DNA of 64,000 bases. It comes from a virus. A model generated the notes under the pieces. The model worked only from the letters and a program-made list of their open reading frames with translations. It ran no database searches and was not told the origin of the DNA. The stretch is taken from the IMG/VR virus record IMGVR_UViG_3300035670_013168, positions 4,147 to 68,146 of that record; one strand, given 5' to 3'. How positions within the stretch are numbered: the stretch's first letter is position 1; each line of letters opens with the position of its first letter. Made by a program: the position numbers and the translations under genes. This document shows positions 1-10,006 of the stretch, one piece after another.

Positions 1-1884
1 AGTCACTAGCGACTTGCTGCCTAGCGTTGCCAGATCGATCTGGGACTTCTGGAGCTTCATGCGCAGGACCTCAAGGTCCTCCTCGATCCTCACACGATCC
101 TCAGTGTGCTTCTGCCTCTCGTCCGTGAGCTCCTTGATGATGACATCCCAGTCACGATCGGGAACATTGACCAGGTTCGCCTTGATGGCAGAAGCGTCCG
201 ACTTTGCCAGCGCGCTCATCTCATCGAAGATCTCAAGGTCGAGGAACTTGGTGAGTATGGTCTTTCTCGCTGAGGCCTTGTGCCTAATGAAGTTGTTCAT
301 CTCGCCCTGGGATGCGAGAGACGTCAGGAGGAAGTCATCTGAGGTTCCGACAACAGCGCGTAGGAACTTCTCAGTCTCACGACGCTGCTCACCGTTTAGG
401 TCCTTTGTGACGCTTCCATTCTCATCCAGCTCATAGAAGTTGAGATTTGTCACAGCGCTCTCGGTGCCGTTCTTGTTGTTCTTTCGAACAGACTGACGCT
501 CGAGTCGATAGAAGCTACCGTTGGCTGCGAGGTCGATCTTCGTCTCGCAGTGGCCCTTTCGCATGTTGATCACGTGGAGGTTGCTCATGGCTCCGCGGTC
601 TGTGGAGTTGTAGAGGCCGTACATGATCGTGCCTGGGATCGATGACTTGCCGGCCCTATTCCTTCCAAATATGCCGGTAATTCCCCTGAGGTTGTCGAAG
701 TTGATGATGTTTCCCTTGCCGTAGGAGAACATGTTGTCAAACTCTAATCTCTTGATGGACCACTTGATGTTCCTTATGCAGTCTCCGTGGGAGGCGGCGC
801 CGAAGTACTTCTGGGTCAGGGCCTCAAGCCGCTTCCACTCCTCCTCAGTGAGCTTTGCTCCCGAGTAGAAGTCGCGCATCAGCTTCGTGTGGGTCGAAAG
901 CGTTCGAAGGTCCTCGGGCTTGTACTGGTTGTCGGCGACAGAGATCGTGGAGATGTCCTGCTCCTGATCGTTCTTGAAGACGATCTCTGTGGCCTTCTTG
1001 ATGCCACGCAGCTCACCGAACAGCTGCTTCATCTCGGCGTGCGAGATAGGAGTTGTGGTCCGAATCCGGAACCTCGACATGTCAGGGTGCTTCATGGCAG
1101 CCTGAATCGTGGAGGGAATGTCACCGCCCCACTCGATTGTCACGTAGGGCTGCTTGTGGGGAATGACATGGAAGGTGGACTTGTAGGTGTCCCTATCGTC
1201 AATCTCCCAGAAGAGGAATCCCTTTCCTGTGGTCTCACCGAAGTTCTGCTGGATGGTGGATCCAGGATACGCCACGCGGTTCTCGGTGTCCATGTACTGG
1301 AACTTGTGGATGTCGCCGAGGAAGGTGAAGTCGTAGGGCTTAAAGAACTCTAGGTCAGTGTCGGCCTCGAGGTACCAGTCGACGTCCGTCCTCGATCCCC
1401 TAACAGAGCCGTGGAACGTGGCGATGTTTACCTCACCTGGAACGGGCTTCACGTTAGGCCACCCCTCCTCGTCAAAGCAGGAGAAGACGCACCAGTTGAA
1501 TCCAGGCACGCCAGTCGGATAGACGCCTGACTCCTTGTACAGGTGCAGCCTTGGATTTCCCAGCGCGTTCACAATGGGTGTGATGGCGTCCTGCCTGTCC
1601 TTGTTGAGGATCAGGCCGTCGTGGTTGCCCAGGATGATATGCGTGGGAGCGATCTTCGCCATCTCAGTGAACCACCAGTTGAGGCAGTCAATGAGCTCAG
1701 GCGATATGCCTTGCGTCTTGGAGTGCACAATGTCGCCGCCAATGAAGATGACGTTTGGGTCCATCTCGCGGACCATGTCGAACATGGCGCTAAAGGTCTC
1801 GCGGTACTCATCATGCCTAGAGAGGCCTCGCCAGTGTATGTCGCTTAAGTGAACGCAGCGTAGTTTCAAGTTGTCTCCTGTCAT
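1..1884 (-). CDS. Mre11/SbcD nuclease fused to Rad50/SbcC ATPase (T4 gp47-gp46-like), 3' partial
   Basis: Hand translation from ATG 1884 (or TTG 1869 after AGGAG): LRCVHLSDIHW...IGGDIVH...LGNHDG metallophosphoesterase motifs, then in the same frame KWSIKRLEFDNMFSY...GIFGRNRAGKSS (Walker A at ~640-670). Not in the ORF track, consistent with an open frame running off the edge. Confidence 0.92.
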   Translation of the reverse strand, partial: MTGDNLKLRCVHLSDIHWRGLSRHDEYRETFSAMFDMVREMDPNVIFIGGDIVHSKTQGISPELIDCLNWWFTEMAKIAPTHIILGNHDGLILNKDRQDAITPIVNALGNPRLHLYKESGVYPTGVPGFNWCVFSCFDEEGWPNVKPVPGEVNIATFHGSVRGSRTDVDWYLEADTDLEFFKPYDFTFLGDIHKFQYMDTENRVAYPGSTIQQNFGETTGKGFLFWEIDDRDTYKSTFHVIPHKQPYVTIEWGGDIPSTIQAAMKHPDMSRFRIRTTTPISHAEMKQLFGELRGIKKATEIVFKNDQEQDISTISVADNQYKPEDLRTLSTHTKLMRDFYSGAKLTEEEWKRLEALTQKYFGAASHGDCIRNIKWSIKRLEFDNMFSYGKGNIINFDNLRGITGIFGRNRAGKSSIPGTIMYGLYNSTDRGAMSNLHVINMRKGHCETKIDLAANGSFYRLERQSVRKNNKNGTESAVTNLNFYELDENGSVTKDLNGEQRRETEKFLRAVVGTSDDFLLTSLASQGEMNNFIRHKASARKTILTKFLDLEIFDEMSALAKSDASAIKANLVNVPDRDWDVIIKELTDERQKHTEDRVRIEEDLEVLRMKLQKSQIDLATLGSKSLVT

Positions 1885-2855
1885 AGTATAGACCCAGACT
1901 TGATATTGGATATCATGTGAAGGAGCCTATCTCTCTGCTCCCAGACTGTTGCGGTCTCAACGAGTCGGGTGAACTCATTCTTTGTCATATCACCAACGTC
2001 CCTTCCAGCTGGAACATCGACGCTCCTCACCCTTATGCCGTACGAGTAGAGCATCTTCGCAATGTTGTGCGACTTCTCACGGGCATCAGGATCAAGCGCG
2101 AGGAGCACCGGCGTCCTGTGCCTGATTATGCTGCCACCGAGGGCGCTGTCCTTCGATAGGTGGGATCCAAGGAGGCACGTCGAGTTGCCGGCGGCCTTGG
2201 TGAGGTCGAAGGGCCCCTCCACGAGGTTGAGCTCCCGGCTCCAGTCGATGTTGATCTCATTGAAGATGACCTCCTTCTTTGGGACCTTCGCGTTGATGTA
2301 CTTCATTGTCTTAATGGGGTCGATCGCGCGGGCCGTGAAGTAGTTCAGCGTGCCCTCAGCATCGAAGGATGGGAAGATGACTCGACGGCGGAATGATCCC
2401 GAGGTGCACGTCCCCAGCTTGAAGTACCACAGGTCCTTGTGAGAGAGGCCTCGATCGTAGCAGTACCTCACGGCGTCCTTGACATCAGGATCGTGCGAGG
2501 CCGTATTTGATGCCAGGAGTATGAAGCCGTCTGGTATCCGTGCTTCCTGGTGATCATCCGTGACATTCGTTTCAGTCAAATGGGTGTTTTCACCTTTGGT
2601 GAATCGAATGGATCTAGCCTCATCCAGATGACTCGGAGCGTACTTTCGAAACAGGTGCTCGATGTTCTGCCCCTTGAGGCCGCACACCCAGCAGTGAAAG
2701 ACACCGTCCTCGAGCCTGACGCTCAGCTTCTTCTTGGACTTGCCGCCCTTCTTACAGCTCGGGCAGACAATGACATAGTCATATCCGTCCCTAGATGAGT
2801 CTCCAGGTCCGAAAGCCTTTCGAAGCAAGTTTACTCGCTTGGTATTATCGCTCAC
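1881..2855 (-). CDS. dnaG: DNA primase (Zn finger + TOPRIM)
   Basis: CPSC...FHCWVC Zn finger, RRVIFP, YFTARAI, KYIN, TOPRIM VEGPFD and LALDPD; GTG start. Confidence 0.9.
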   Translation of the reverse strand: MSDNTKRVNLLRKAFGPGDSSRDGYDYVIVCPSCKKGGKSKKKLSVRLEDGVFHCWVCGLKGQNIEHLFRKYAPSHLDEARSIRFTKGENTHLTETNVTDDHQEARIPDGFILLASNTASHDPDVKDAVRYCYDRGLSHKDLWYFKLGTCTSGSFRRRVIFPSFDAEGTLNYFTARAIDPIKTMKYINAKVPKKEVIFNEINIDWSRELNLVEGPFDLTKAAGNSTCLLGSHLSKDSALGGSIIRHRTPVLLALDPDAREKSHNIAKMLYSYGIRVRSVDVPAGRDVGDMTKNEFTRLVETATVWEQRDRLLHMISNIKSGSIL

Positions 2856-2863
2856 TTAGGCTG

Positions 2864-2892
2864 ATTCTAGACATCAGTCCTCAGATTGTTCA
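2864..2892 (-). promoter_or_regulatory. Putative sigma70-like promoter for primase
   Basis: TGAACA-N17-TAGAAT ending 8 nt before the GTG start. Confidence 0.4.
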
Positions 2893-3458
2893 CTGGACAC
2901 GAGAGGCCCTGAGAGGGCTATGACAAACGCGTCTGACATGTCAAAGACGTGCGCCTCGAGCACTTCGACACCCTTTCGTGCGCCTGAGCTTATCACCCGA
3001 GTGGGCCACACGTAGTCCCTGAGCAGGGGGTGCTGCCGGACCCAGGTGTGAACCTGCTCCTTGGTCGGAATGCCGCACACCTTCTCCCGCTTGAGGTCTA
3101 TTCCAAGGGCCTTGCGAGCGTGGTTCACGTTCACGTTGATGGGTGCTGTGCCTGTCACCTGCTGCGCGAGGTAAGAGACGATCCCATTGAACTTTGCCAG
3201 CTTGACGAGTGTCTGTGCCGAGGAGGCGCCGGGTCGAAATGCCTGCATGTTCTCCTCGACGTACACCTGGGTGAGTCTGTGATCTCGGTGAATCAGGCTA
3301 ATCGCGTCCTTGACTGCGTTTGCCTTGTCGAATAGGCCCTCTATCTTGTCCAGCTTCACATGGCTCATCTCTACTGACACAACTTGTCCGCCGTCGACAG
3401 TAGACACACAGAGGCCTGTGCAGCTAGTTGAGATGTCTAGTCCGAGGTGCTTCTCCAT
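2874..3458 (-). CDS. ruvC: RuvC-like Holliday junction resolvase
   Basis: LGLDISTSCTG, VYVEE, LAKFNGIV, TKEQV, DMSDAFVIA match the RuvC acidic catalytic pattern. Confidence 0.82.
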   Translation of the reverse strand: MEKHLGLDISTSCTGLCVSTVDGGQVVSVEMSHVKLDKIEGLFDKANAVKDAISLIHRDHRLTQVYVEENMQAFRPGASSAQTLVKLAKFNGIVSYLAQQVTGTAPINVNVNHARKALGIDLKREKVCGIPTKEQVHTWVRQHPLLRDYVWPTRVISSGARKGVEVLEAHVFDMSDAFVIALSGPLVSSEQSED

Positions 3459-5956
3459 CAGTAGTCAATCTTGAGACGAATGAGAAACTTATCGTCGTCC
3501 CTCTTGACGAGGGGCTGGGCAAACGTTGCCTTGCCTATAATATTGAGGTTGTCGTCATGCAAGTTAACGTGAGAAATGTAGACAAACTTTCCTGCGTTCT
3601 CGTTCTCATTGTCCGATGGCTTCAGAGGAATCCAGTTGGGATTTGATGATGAGTTGACAGATCCTGCAGGAGCTAGAACATTTATCTCCTTGACAAAGAC
3701 AGGCCTCTCACCCTGCATCGTTAGCTCAAACTGATCCTTTCCGTAGAGCATTGCTGTGGGATCAGTGACAACTGCAATGCCCTCATCATAAATGATGCTT
3801 CCAACTGTGGACCACGTGGCGTGCTGAGAAAGTGAGTCTGCCCTGTATAGATTCCCATTGCCGTTGTCCAGGATTCTCATTGACACTCTTCCGTTTGAGC
3901 CTGTTAGAGAAGTGTCAAACAAGTTGAAAGATTCAGGCATTATCCTTCTACCATAGAAGAGGTTTGAGACATCGAAGAATGTCACCTCATTGGAAGAGGG
4001 GTCACGTGTCCTATCAAGGACTGTGAGAAGTGGCCCTTTCTCTAGGCCTGGATCTTCAGGCGGTGCACCTTGCAGCTCATAGGCAATTGATTCAGGACTA
4101 GGCAAAGCAACTGCATCAAACGGAAATATCTTTGAGAGATAGGATGATGTGAGCACAAGATCGTTCAAAGAGACGAGATCGTATCTAAGGGCGCCATCAT
4201 CTGACTGAAACTTATCTGTGAGCGTTCCTGACTTTGGAGGGCTTAGATCTGGATCAGACCCCGTTCTAAGAAGATTGAAATTAGGACTAAACTTTCCATT
4301 ATCATTTGGAAGTATCGTTAGATTTCCCTTCACCAACGATGGCTGCTGATAGAGAAAATTATTTGCCGTGTCTGCTGTGGTCGTGGTTGTTATCTCAGAC
4401 CCGGTTAGACTATAGAGCCTAGGATACTGTTTCTGAACAAACTCTCTGACAAAGTTTGGTAAGTTTATCTGCCTTCCTGCGACGCCAAATGAGAGCGCGA
4501 CATTGAATGGATCGTCCGTGTTTGTCCTTACAGACTTGAACGGCGTCTGGAGCACGTCTCTTACCGGTGACTCACGCACAAAAAAGACAGGAAGATAGAA
4601 TATGAGACTCTCATCTATCGACGTTGGCCCTGCTGCCATGTCTTCTTTAATCTCACCTATCGTTTTACACCTATTGTATATCCTCACATCGTGTATCTCA
4701 GCATTAAGAGGATGTGACAGGTTAAAGATCGAGCTATCTATGTCTGAGTAGTCTGGAGAGCTTCCTGGCGGCTGATATGCTGTTGTGTCATCAACGAATG
4801 TTGTCGGATAGTAGTTTGCAATTCCGTCGTGATAGCTTCTCCAGGCATTAAAGAATCTTGCGATAAGAGGTGTTCCTGCCAGTGAGCTGTTATTAGGGCC
4901 GTCATAGTAGTTTCCCACGAACAGTGCGTCAGGATCACCCTGGGGATTTGTAAAGTTCTGTGGCACTAGACTTGAAGACTGAACTACAAACATTTTATCC
5001 AACATGCCATTGATCACAAATGATCCTGTGTGCTTGTTGGCATTCTCAACTAGTCCTGTGCTAGTTGCCTCCCATCGAACTGCTACGTGTGTCCACTCAT
5101 TCCAAGGAATGTCTGAGGATGTGAAGACAAGATCGGGCATATAACCCGCTCCCAGAGAAGTTGTGAATCCTGTTCCTCCTGCGGCAATTGTTGACGGTGG
5201 TATGTCAGCGCTGTGGCTCAGCTGAAGCATCACCTTATACGTGTCAACAATTCCATTGATGTCTCTGTGTGTCCCCGTTATAAGCGACAAACAGTAAGAC
5301 GATGACAAGTGCAGGATAGAGCCGGCTCTAAACTCAGAGTCGGTGCTTGTAGTCTTATACCTAGGGTTTATGTAAAACTCAAATGTGAATGAGCCTGTGG
5401 GTGAGTAAGGAAAAGGATCCACTGTTGTTGACAGCGCTGATCCGGATCCTGCGGGATATATCAGCGCACTGTCAGATGGCACAGATGAAGCTGTGAAGAA
5501 ATTAATGCTGTGATAGTTTGTAAAGCACCAGTTCAGGTTGCTGTACAAGGGCCTGTAGAACGGAAACAGGACATTCTTTGTCACAGACTTTCTGAGAGTG
5601 TCTTTTGTGAACTTTGCGGAGGGAGAAAACTTTGTTACTTCAAGTCGCTTATTGTAAGCGGCAGAAGGAGGCGCAGTGTTGACAGCACTCATATACTGCA
5701 ATAGGCCGCCCTCAATATTGACGCTTGAAGTCGATAGGCCTATTGCAGATCTTCTAATTTCTTCAAGTTGCTGTGTGTCAAACGCTGTTGCAGCGTAGTC
5801 CTCATTGGGAACAGCGTCCTTAATAATTCTATTCTCTCTCGCAAAGAGAAGTACAGAACCCGTTATTCCTGATGATGATGAGACATATGTGCGAGAAGGA
5901 TACGTTTGTAACGTAAAGTTCTCAATATTGTCCTTCGTTATCCTCTGTATGGACAT
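3458..5956 (-). CDS. Virion structural protein, LamG-like domain plus conserved C-terminal domain
   Basis: SFTFEFYI, WTHVAVRW, AEIHDVRIYN (LamG-like); C-terminus NLHDDNLNIIGKATFAQPLVK...IRLKIDY paralogous to the next gene. Confidence 0.7.
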   Translation of the reverse strand: MSIQRITKDNIENFTLQTYPSRTYVSSSSGITGSVLLFARENRIIKDAVPNEDYAATAFDTQQLEEIRRSAIGLSTSSVNIEGGLLQYMSAVNTAPPSAAYNKRLEVTKFSPSAKFTKDTLRKSVTKNVLFPFYRPLYSNLNWCFTNYHSINFFTASSVPSDSALIYPAGSGSALSTTVDPFPYSPTGSFTFEFYINPRYKTTSTDSEFRAGSILHLSSSYCLSLITGTHRDINGIVDTYKVMLQLSHSADIPPSTIAAGGTGFTTSLGAGYMPDLVFTSSDIPWNEWTHVAVRWEATSTGLVENANKHTGSFVINGMLDKMFVVQSSSLVPQNFTNPQGDPDALFVGNYYDGPNNSSLAGTPLIARFFNAWRSYHDGIANYYPTTFVDDTTAYQPPGSSPDYSDIDSSIFNLSHPLNAEIHDVRIYNRCKTIGEIKEDMAAGPTSIDESLIFYLPVFFVRESPVRDVLQTPFKSVRTNTDDPFNVALSFGVAGRQINLPNFVREFVQKQYPRLYSLTGSEITTTTTADTANNFLYQQPSLVKGNLTILPNDNGKFSPNFNLLRTGSDPDLSPPKSGTLTDKFQSDDGALRYDLVSLNDLVLTSSYLSKIFPFDAVALPSPESIAYELQGAPPEDPGLEKGPLLTVLDRTRDPSSNEVTFFDVSNLFYGRRIMPESFNLFDTSLTGSNGRVSMRILDNGNGNLYRADSLSQHATWSTVGSIIYDEGIAVVTDPTAMLYGKDQFELTMQGERPVFVKEINVLAPAGSVNSSSNPNWIPLKPSDNENENAGKFVYISHVNLHDDNLNIIGKATFAQPLVKRDDDKFLIRLKIDY

Positions 5957-5975
5957 GTGTGGAGGACATCTCTCA

Positions 5976-7238
5976 TCAGAAGTCTAGTCGAACTCGAAAA
6001 GTTACATCTCTCTCGTCATTCTTCTCAACTGGCCTAGAAAGCTTGGCGACTGCGAGTAGGTTTCCTTGAGCGTCATGCAGGCCTATTGTCGTCGGGAAGG
6101 TGAAACTCCGCTGAGTTGCGCTCTGACCGTCTTCTATCACTCTAATTCTGCCTTCTGATGTCACATAGGTGGGATTAGTTGAGTAGTTGTATGAGTCAGC
6201 GGGAGCTCTGCAGAAATAGAGTGCAGAGTTGATGATCGTGTTGTTCTGGAACGTCATCGCTGTGAGCGATCCTGACTGGAACCTCGTTGAAGCGAGGTGA
6301 TCAACTATATTGTCAATTGAGGCAGACACAAGCAGATCAGGTATATACTTTGCGTCCCTATTGCCAGATCCAACGCCACCTATCACCATCGTTCCTGTCA
6401 TAAGCACGCCATCAGGTGAGCCGCCATTCATCGCGTTGATGACTCCTGACACGTGCTGACTGCCTGACATTATCTTTTTTAGGTCAAACACAGCTGTGCC
6501 ATGGTCGTAGAAGAGCAGCCCTACTTTATTTGCTGTGTTCGTGGCCTCGACGATATTGGACACCTCGCCGCCAAATATTCTTCTTGTGTTTGTGGCTGCA
6601 CCAATGTCAGTGAATATTGCAGAGCCGCTAGTGGATGTTACGTCTAGAGTTGTTCGCTCCGGACTCACGCCGTCCTCATAGGCTGACATGGTTCCGGTTC
6701 GATAGAACCTCATGGCAAAAGTCTCCTTCTTTATTGCGTCTCTAGAGAATAGACGCTTGAAGGAGATGAACATTGCCTCATCGATTCTATTGACCTCATC
6801 AGTCGAGTCAATAGGAGAAAAGAAAGAAGACTCAGCATTTCCAAGGAGAGTCTTTGCATACTGCTTGTAGACGTCAATCTTTTCTCTCATCATTACAGAC
6901 TCAGAAGGAAACAAAAGCTTTCCCGATGAGTCTTCAGTTATAAGAGCTTCGGACACAGTGTTTACAACAGTGGCATCTTCTGAATAAAACAGGCCTACGG
7001 TCATATCAAACACAGGATTCGAAGTCTGCAGAGTAAAATCCTGATCGTATACGGTCTGAAAGAGTGAGGATGTTATTCCTGGTCCTATGCCACCGGTGAC
7101 GAAGACCTGATATGCTCTTCTAGAGAGCGATCCAGAGACATCCTCTTGAATGACGTCAACAAGCTGATTTAGTACTGATCTCGAATTCTTCTGATCATCG
7201 TCATCGAGAGTTGTTAGACTTCCAACCGGTATGGGCAT
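5976..7238 (-). CDS. Virion structural protein
   Basis: C-terminus YNYSTNPTY...IGLHDAQGNLLAVAKLSRPVEK...VRLDF typical of large-phage tail-associated proteins; AAGGAG RBS. Confidence 0.68.
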   Translation of the reverse strand: MPIPVGSLTTLDDDDQKNSRSVLNQLVDVIQEDVSGSLSRRAYQVFVTGGIGPGITSSLFQTVYDQDFTLQTSNPVFDMTVGLFYSEDATVVNTVSEALITEDSSGKLLFPSESVMMREKIDVYKQYAKTLLGNAESSFFSPIDSTDEVNRIDEAMFISFKRLFSRDAIKKETFAMRFYRTGTMSAYEDGVSPERTTLDVTSTSGSAIFTDIGAATNTRRIFGGEVSNIVEATNTANKVGLLFYDHGTAVFDLKKIMSGSQHVSGVINAMNGGSPDGVLMTGTMVIGGVGSGNRDAKYIPDLLVSASIDNIVDHLASTRFQSGSLTAMTFQNNTIINSALYFCRAPADSYNYSTNPTYVTSEGRIRVIEDGQSATQRSFTFPTTIGLHDAQGNLLAVAKLSRPVEKNDERDVTFRVRLDF

Positions 7239-7302
7239 TATTTCTTCTCCTTAGACCTTTTCGCTATCTTCAGGTACTGAATATCAGACAGAGCTACAAA
7301 TT

Positions 7303-7995
7303 TCAGGTAGCTGTACTCTGAATAACAACTGGAATTGTGGTTCTCAGACCCGTGGCTGTTCCAATAACAGATATGACACAGTCTATTCTTGTCTTTTCAC
7401 TGTTAGTGCCAAATGTGTTGAAGACTGTTGCGTCTATGCCCTGCGTTGCAACTTTTAGCGTGACTGACGGCAGGGTGCCTGGGCTTGTTGAAGTTCCTGC
7501 GACTGTGTATATTGCAGTTTGTGTTCCCTGCTCAATTATAGAAGATGTGCCTCTGCCTGAGTCTAGCAGCTTAAGAAATCGATTTGGCAGTTCGACAAAA
7601 AACTCTGTATCTATAGGGAATGCAGAGAGATTAGTGATGCCTGTTATGGTCTGAGTGAGAGTTATTTCCTGATTCGATCCTGGAGTGAATGCCGTAGGAG
7701 CACGCTCCACAGACATGGTAGGCACATAGATAAAGGTCGCATCTGCAATTGTCAGAAGACGATGCTTCATTGCAAGAGTCGCAACAGTTTGAGCCTCAAA
7801 TATAGGAGTGTTCTTTATGATCTTCTCCTTGCCCACAGTCCTACCAAACTTCTCAATGAGAGTGTAGTCCACCTCATCATCAGCAAGACTAAAAGATGCC
7901 ACATTAAACGTTCCATTTGCCATGGCTTGGCGTCCTAGGTCTGTAAGGACAGCATCAACTATAATGTTGTTTGTAGAGTGATCTAAGAATCCCAT
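7303..7995 (-). CDS. Putative virion structural protein
   Basis: N-terminus MGFLD...VDAVLTDLGRQ...FSLADDEVDY shared with 16901..17881; AGGAG RBS and ATACTTA upstream. Confidence 0.65.
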   Translation of the reverse strand: MGFLDHSTNNIIVDAVLTDLGRQAMANGTFNVASFSLADDEVDYTLIEKFGRTVGKEKIIKNTPIFEAQTVATLAMKHRLLTIADATFIYVPTMSVERAPTAFTPGSNQEITLTQTITGITNLSAFPIDTEFFVELPNRFLKLLDSGRGTSSIIEQGTQTAIYTVAGTSTSPGTLPSVTLKVATQGIDATVFNTFGTNSEKTRIDCVISVIGTATGLRTTIPVVIQSTAT

Positions 7996-8014
7996 TTCTT
8001 ACTCCTGCACGGTC

Positions 8015-8021
8015 TAAGTAT
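8015..8021 (-). promoter_or_regulatory. Putative late promoter ATANTTA (ATACTTA)
   Basis: Recurring heptamer upstream of structural genes. Confidence 0.55.
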
Positions 8022-8051
8022 AAAACTGCGTGAGTTCTGGTAAACAATTTG

Positions 8052-9992
8052 CTAAAAGAGACTTGAAAGCCCCGCGTCTGTCTGAATTGCTATTGAGAGA
8101 TTTTTTGATATCTGCCTATCCAGATTGATAATCTGGATCTTGTAGACACCTTTTTCACTTGATAGAACAATTGGAGACTCATCAGTGACTGCTGTATCAC
8201 TGGTGACCTTGTAGGCGTCAGGATTGAAGTATATTCTCAGTCTGCCGTGCCCACTGTCCTTTATGACGTCCTCAATGAGCCTATCTGAGCCTATCTCATC
8301 GAGCTCCGTGGGGTCGATGTAGTAGTTTGGATACGCTCTAGGAGCGCCTGACTGTGAGATTTTTCTTGTCTCAATTTTGTTTGTGTACCTATTGAATTTG
8401 ACTTCCACTTGAGTCCCGTAGTTAGACAGAAATCCATGAGCGTCAACAGAGGCAACACAGTATATGTAAGATGACTCTCGATTGAACTCATCATCCATGT
8501 GAAAATACTGGGGCAGCGTTGATCTAGATACAAGGCTCGGATCGATGCTCTCGCTCTGAACAAATTGTGTGTAATTGGGATCAGTAAAGTCGTACTCTGC
8601 GATAATCTCAAAGGGATCTTTTATAGAAAGACGCCTAAAAATCTGGTATTTCTTAATGTCTCTGGCGGGATTTATAGGCGGTGCCCAGTCCAATCTGACA
8701 CCTCTCCCCCGATCGTACATAAATTTTGCAAAGAGAATGCTGGGCGGAGCGGGTGGCGTCTGCTCCTTTGCGACGCACATAGACGCCGCAGGTGTTCCGG
8801 ACGCAATTGCACACGTCAAGAACACATACTTAATTTCTGTTTCATCTGGAAATTCTGCTTCTTGAGGGAATGTTGCAATGTAAAGCTGCCTTGCCTTGTA
8901 GAAATAAGTGTGTCCGTACTTTACGCGCGTGTCTATGAACTGCGTTGTCGTGGTATTTAGGGATACAATTTGTGGAAAAGTTTCTAGGGAACCGTCCGGA
9001 GTCTTTGCGTACTTCTCAAGAATGTAGCCTATGTGTGTGAATCTCGGAAAATTAGGCTCTGTAGTTCCATCTGCATATGCTGTCTCACTAGAAAGATCTA
9101 ATCTTCTAATGGGCTCAGGATCAGTTGAGATCAGAACATTCATCACAGGCTTAAAGCTTTCTATCTCTCTAACAAGAGACGTCTCAGGAAGCTCAATAGG
9201 TGAGACAAGAAGTGGGTTTATATCAGCATCCTCAGCATGAGTTCCAAGTAGATCCCGCCTAAAATTTGATGAGAAAGGGTTAGATCTCTGCATCAGGGTT
9301 GTTATCTGCTTGTATGCACCCACATTTGTCTTTATTGGATAGGAAGCGTCTGCCTTTTGATCGACACGATTGTCATTCTTTGTTTTCACTTGATTGACAA
9401 ACTCAATGCCTTTTATCTCATTGTCCGAGAGCGCATCAAGTATTGCAGCGCCATCGATCTCATCGGACATCATGCGATTCAGCTGCAGTGCTATCTGCTC
9501 ATCTGATATTTCATCATAAATGCTTCCACTCTGCAGAAGAGCGTTTGAAATGCGGTATATCGATCTCTGCATCCTTCCTCTAAAACCTGAGTCGGTGTAC
9601 ACTGAGGATGCGTAATAGCTATTTTCTATCCTTCCCTCGATATTGTAGTTGCCGTCTATAATTCTCTCTCTTATGCTATTGGGAATTTCTCCAATATTGT
9701 CTGGCGTCACTCCTACTGTATTAGGCGTAATGTTTATGACAATATATCTAGGAACTCTTGCTCGAAGGGCCCCTCGTTCTCTGGCCTCAATAACATCAAT
9801 TGTAGACTTATCAAGAACACCTGATGCCGGGTCATACTCGGGTATCCTTGTGGGATGATACTCGACGTCCTCATTCTTGACATAAAAGTTGTAGATGAAC
9901 TTCGTCTCAATGCCAACTGGGTCTGGCACATTACAGACCGTCATTGGAATAGAAATTAGAGAAGTTATCTCTTCTAGTGTTGACTCAGGCAT
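8052..9992 (-). CDS. Hypothetical virion protein with Fn3-like segments
   Basis: 646 aa; FIDTRVKYGHTYFY, PPAPP...LDWAPP...DIKKYQIFRR, YIYCVASVD resemble Fn3 strands. Confidence 0.6.
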   Translation of the reverse strand: MPESTLEEITSLISIPMTVCNVPDPVGIETKFIYNFYVKNEDVEYHPTRIPEYDPASGVLDKSTIDVIEARERGALRARVPRYIVINITPNTVGVTPDNIGEIPNSIRERIIDGNYNIEGRIENSYYASSVYTDSGFRGRMQRSIYRISNALLQSGSIYDEISDEQIALQLNRMMSDEIDGAAILDALSDNEIKGIEFVNQVKTKNDNRVDQKADASYPIKTNVGAYKQITTLMQRSNPFSSNFRRDLLGTHAEDADINPLLVSPIELPETSLVREIESFKPVMNVLISTDPEPIRRLDLSSETAYADGTTEPNFPRFTHIGYILEKYAKTPDGSLETFPQIVSLNTTTTQFIDTRVKYGHTYFYKARQLYIATFPQEAEFPDETEIKYVFLTCAIASGTPAASMCVAKEQTPPAPPSILFAKFMYDRGRGVRLDWAPPINPARDIKKYQIFRRLSIKDPFEIIAEYDFTDPNYTQFVQSESIDPSLVSRSTLPQYFHMDDEFNRESSYIYCVASVDAHGFLSNYGTQVEVKFNRYTNKIETRKISQSGAPRAYPNYYIDPTELDEIGSDRLIEDVIKDSGHGRLRIYFNPDAYKVTSDTAVTDESPIVLSSEKGVYKIQIINLDRQISKNLSIAIQTDAGLSSLF

Positions 9993-10006
9993 CTACGGGC
10001 TCCAGA

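Noticed and set aside
14-1852. Plus-strand ORFs 14..436, 787..1353, 1535..1852
   Set aside because: Antisense shadows of the Mre11-Rad50 gene; no motifs.
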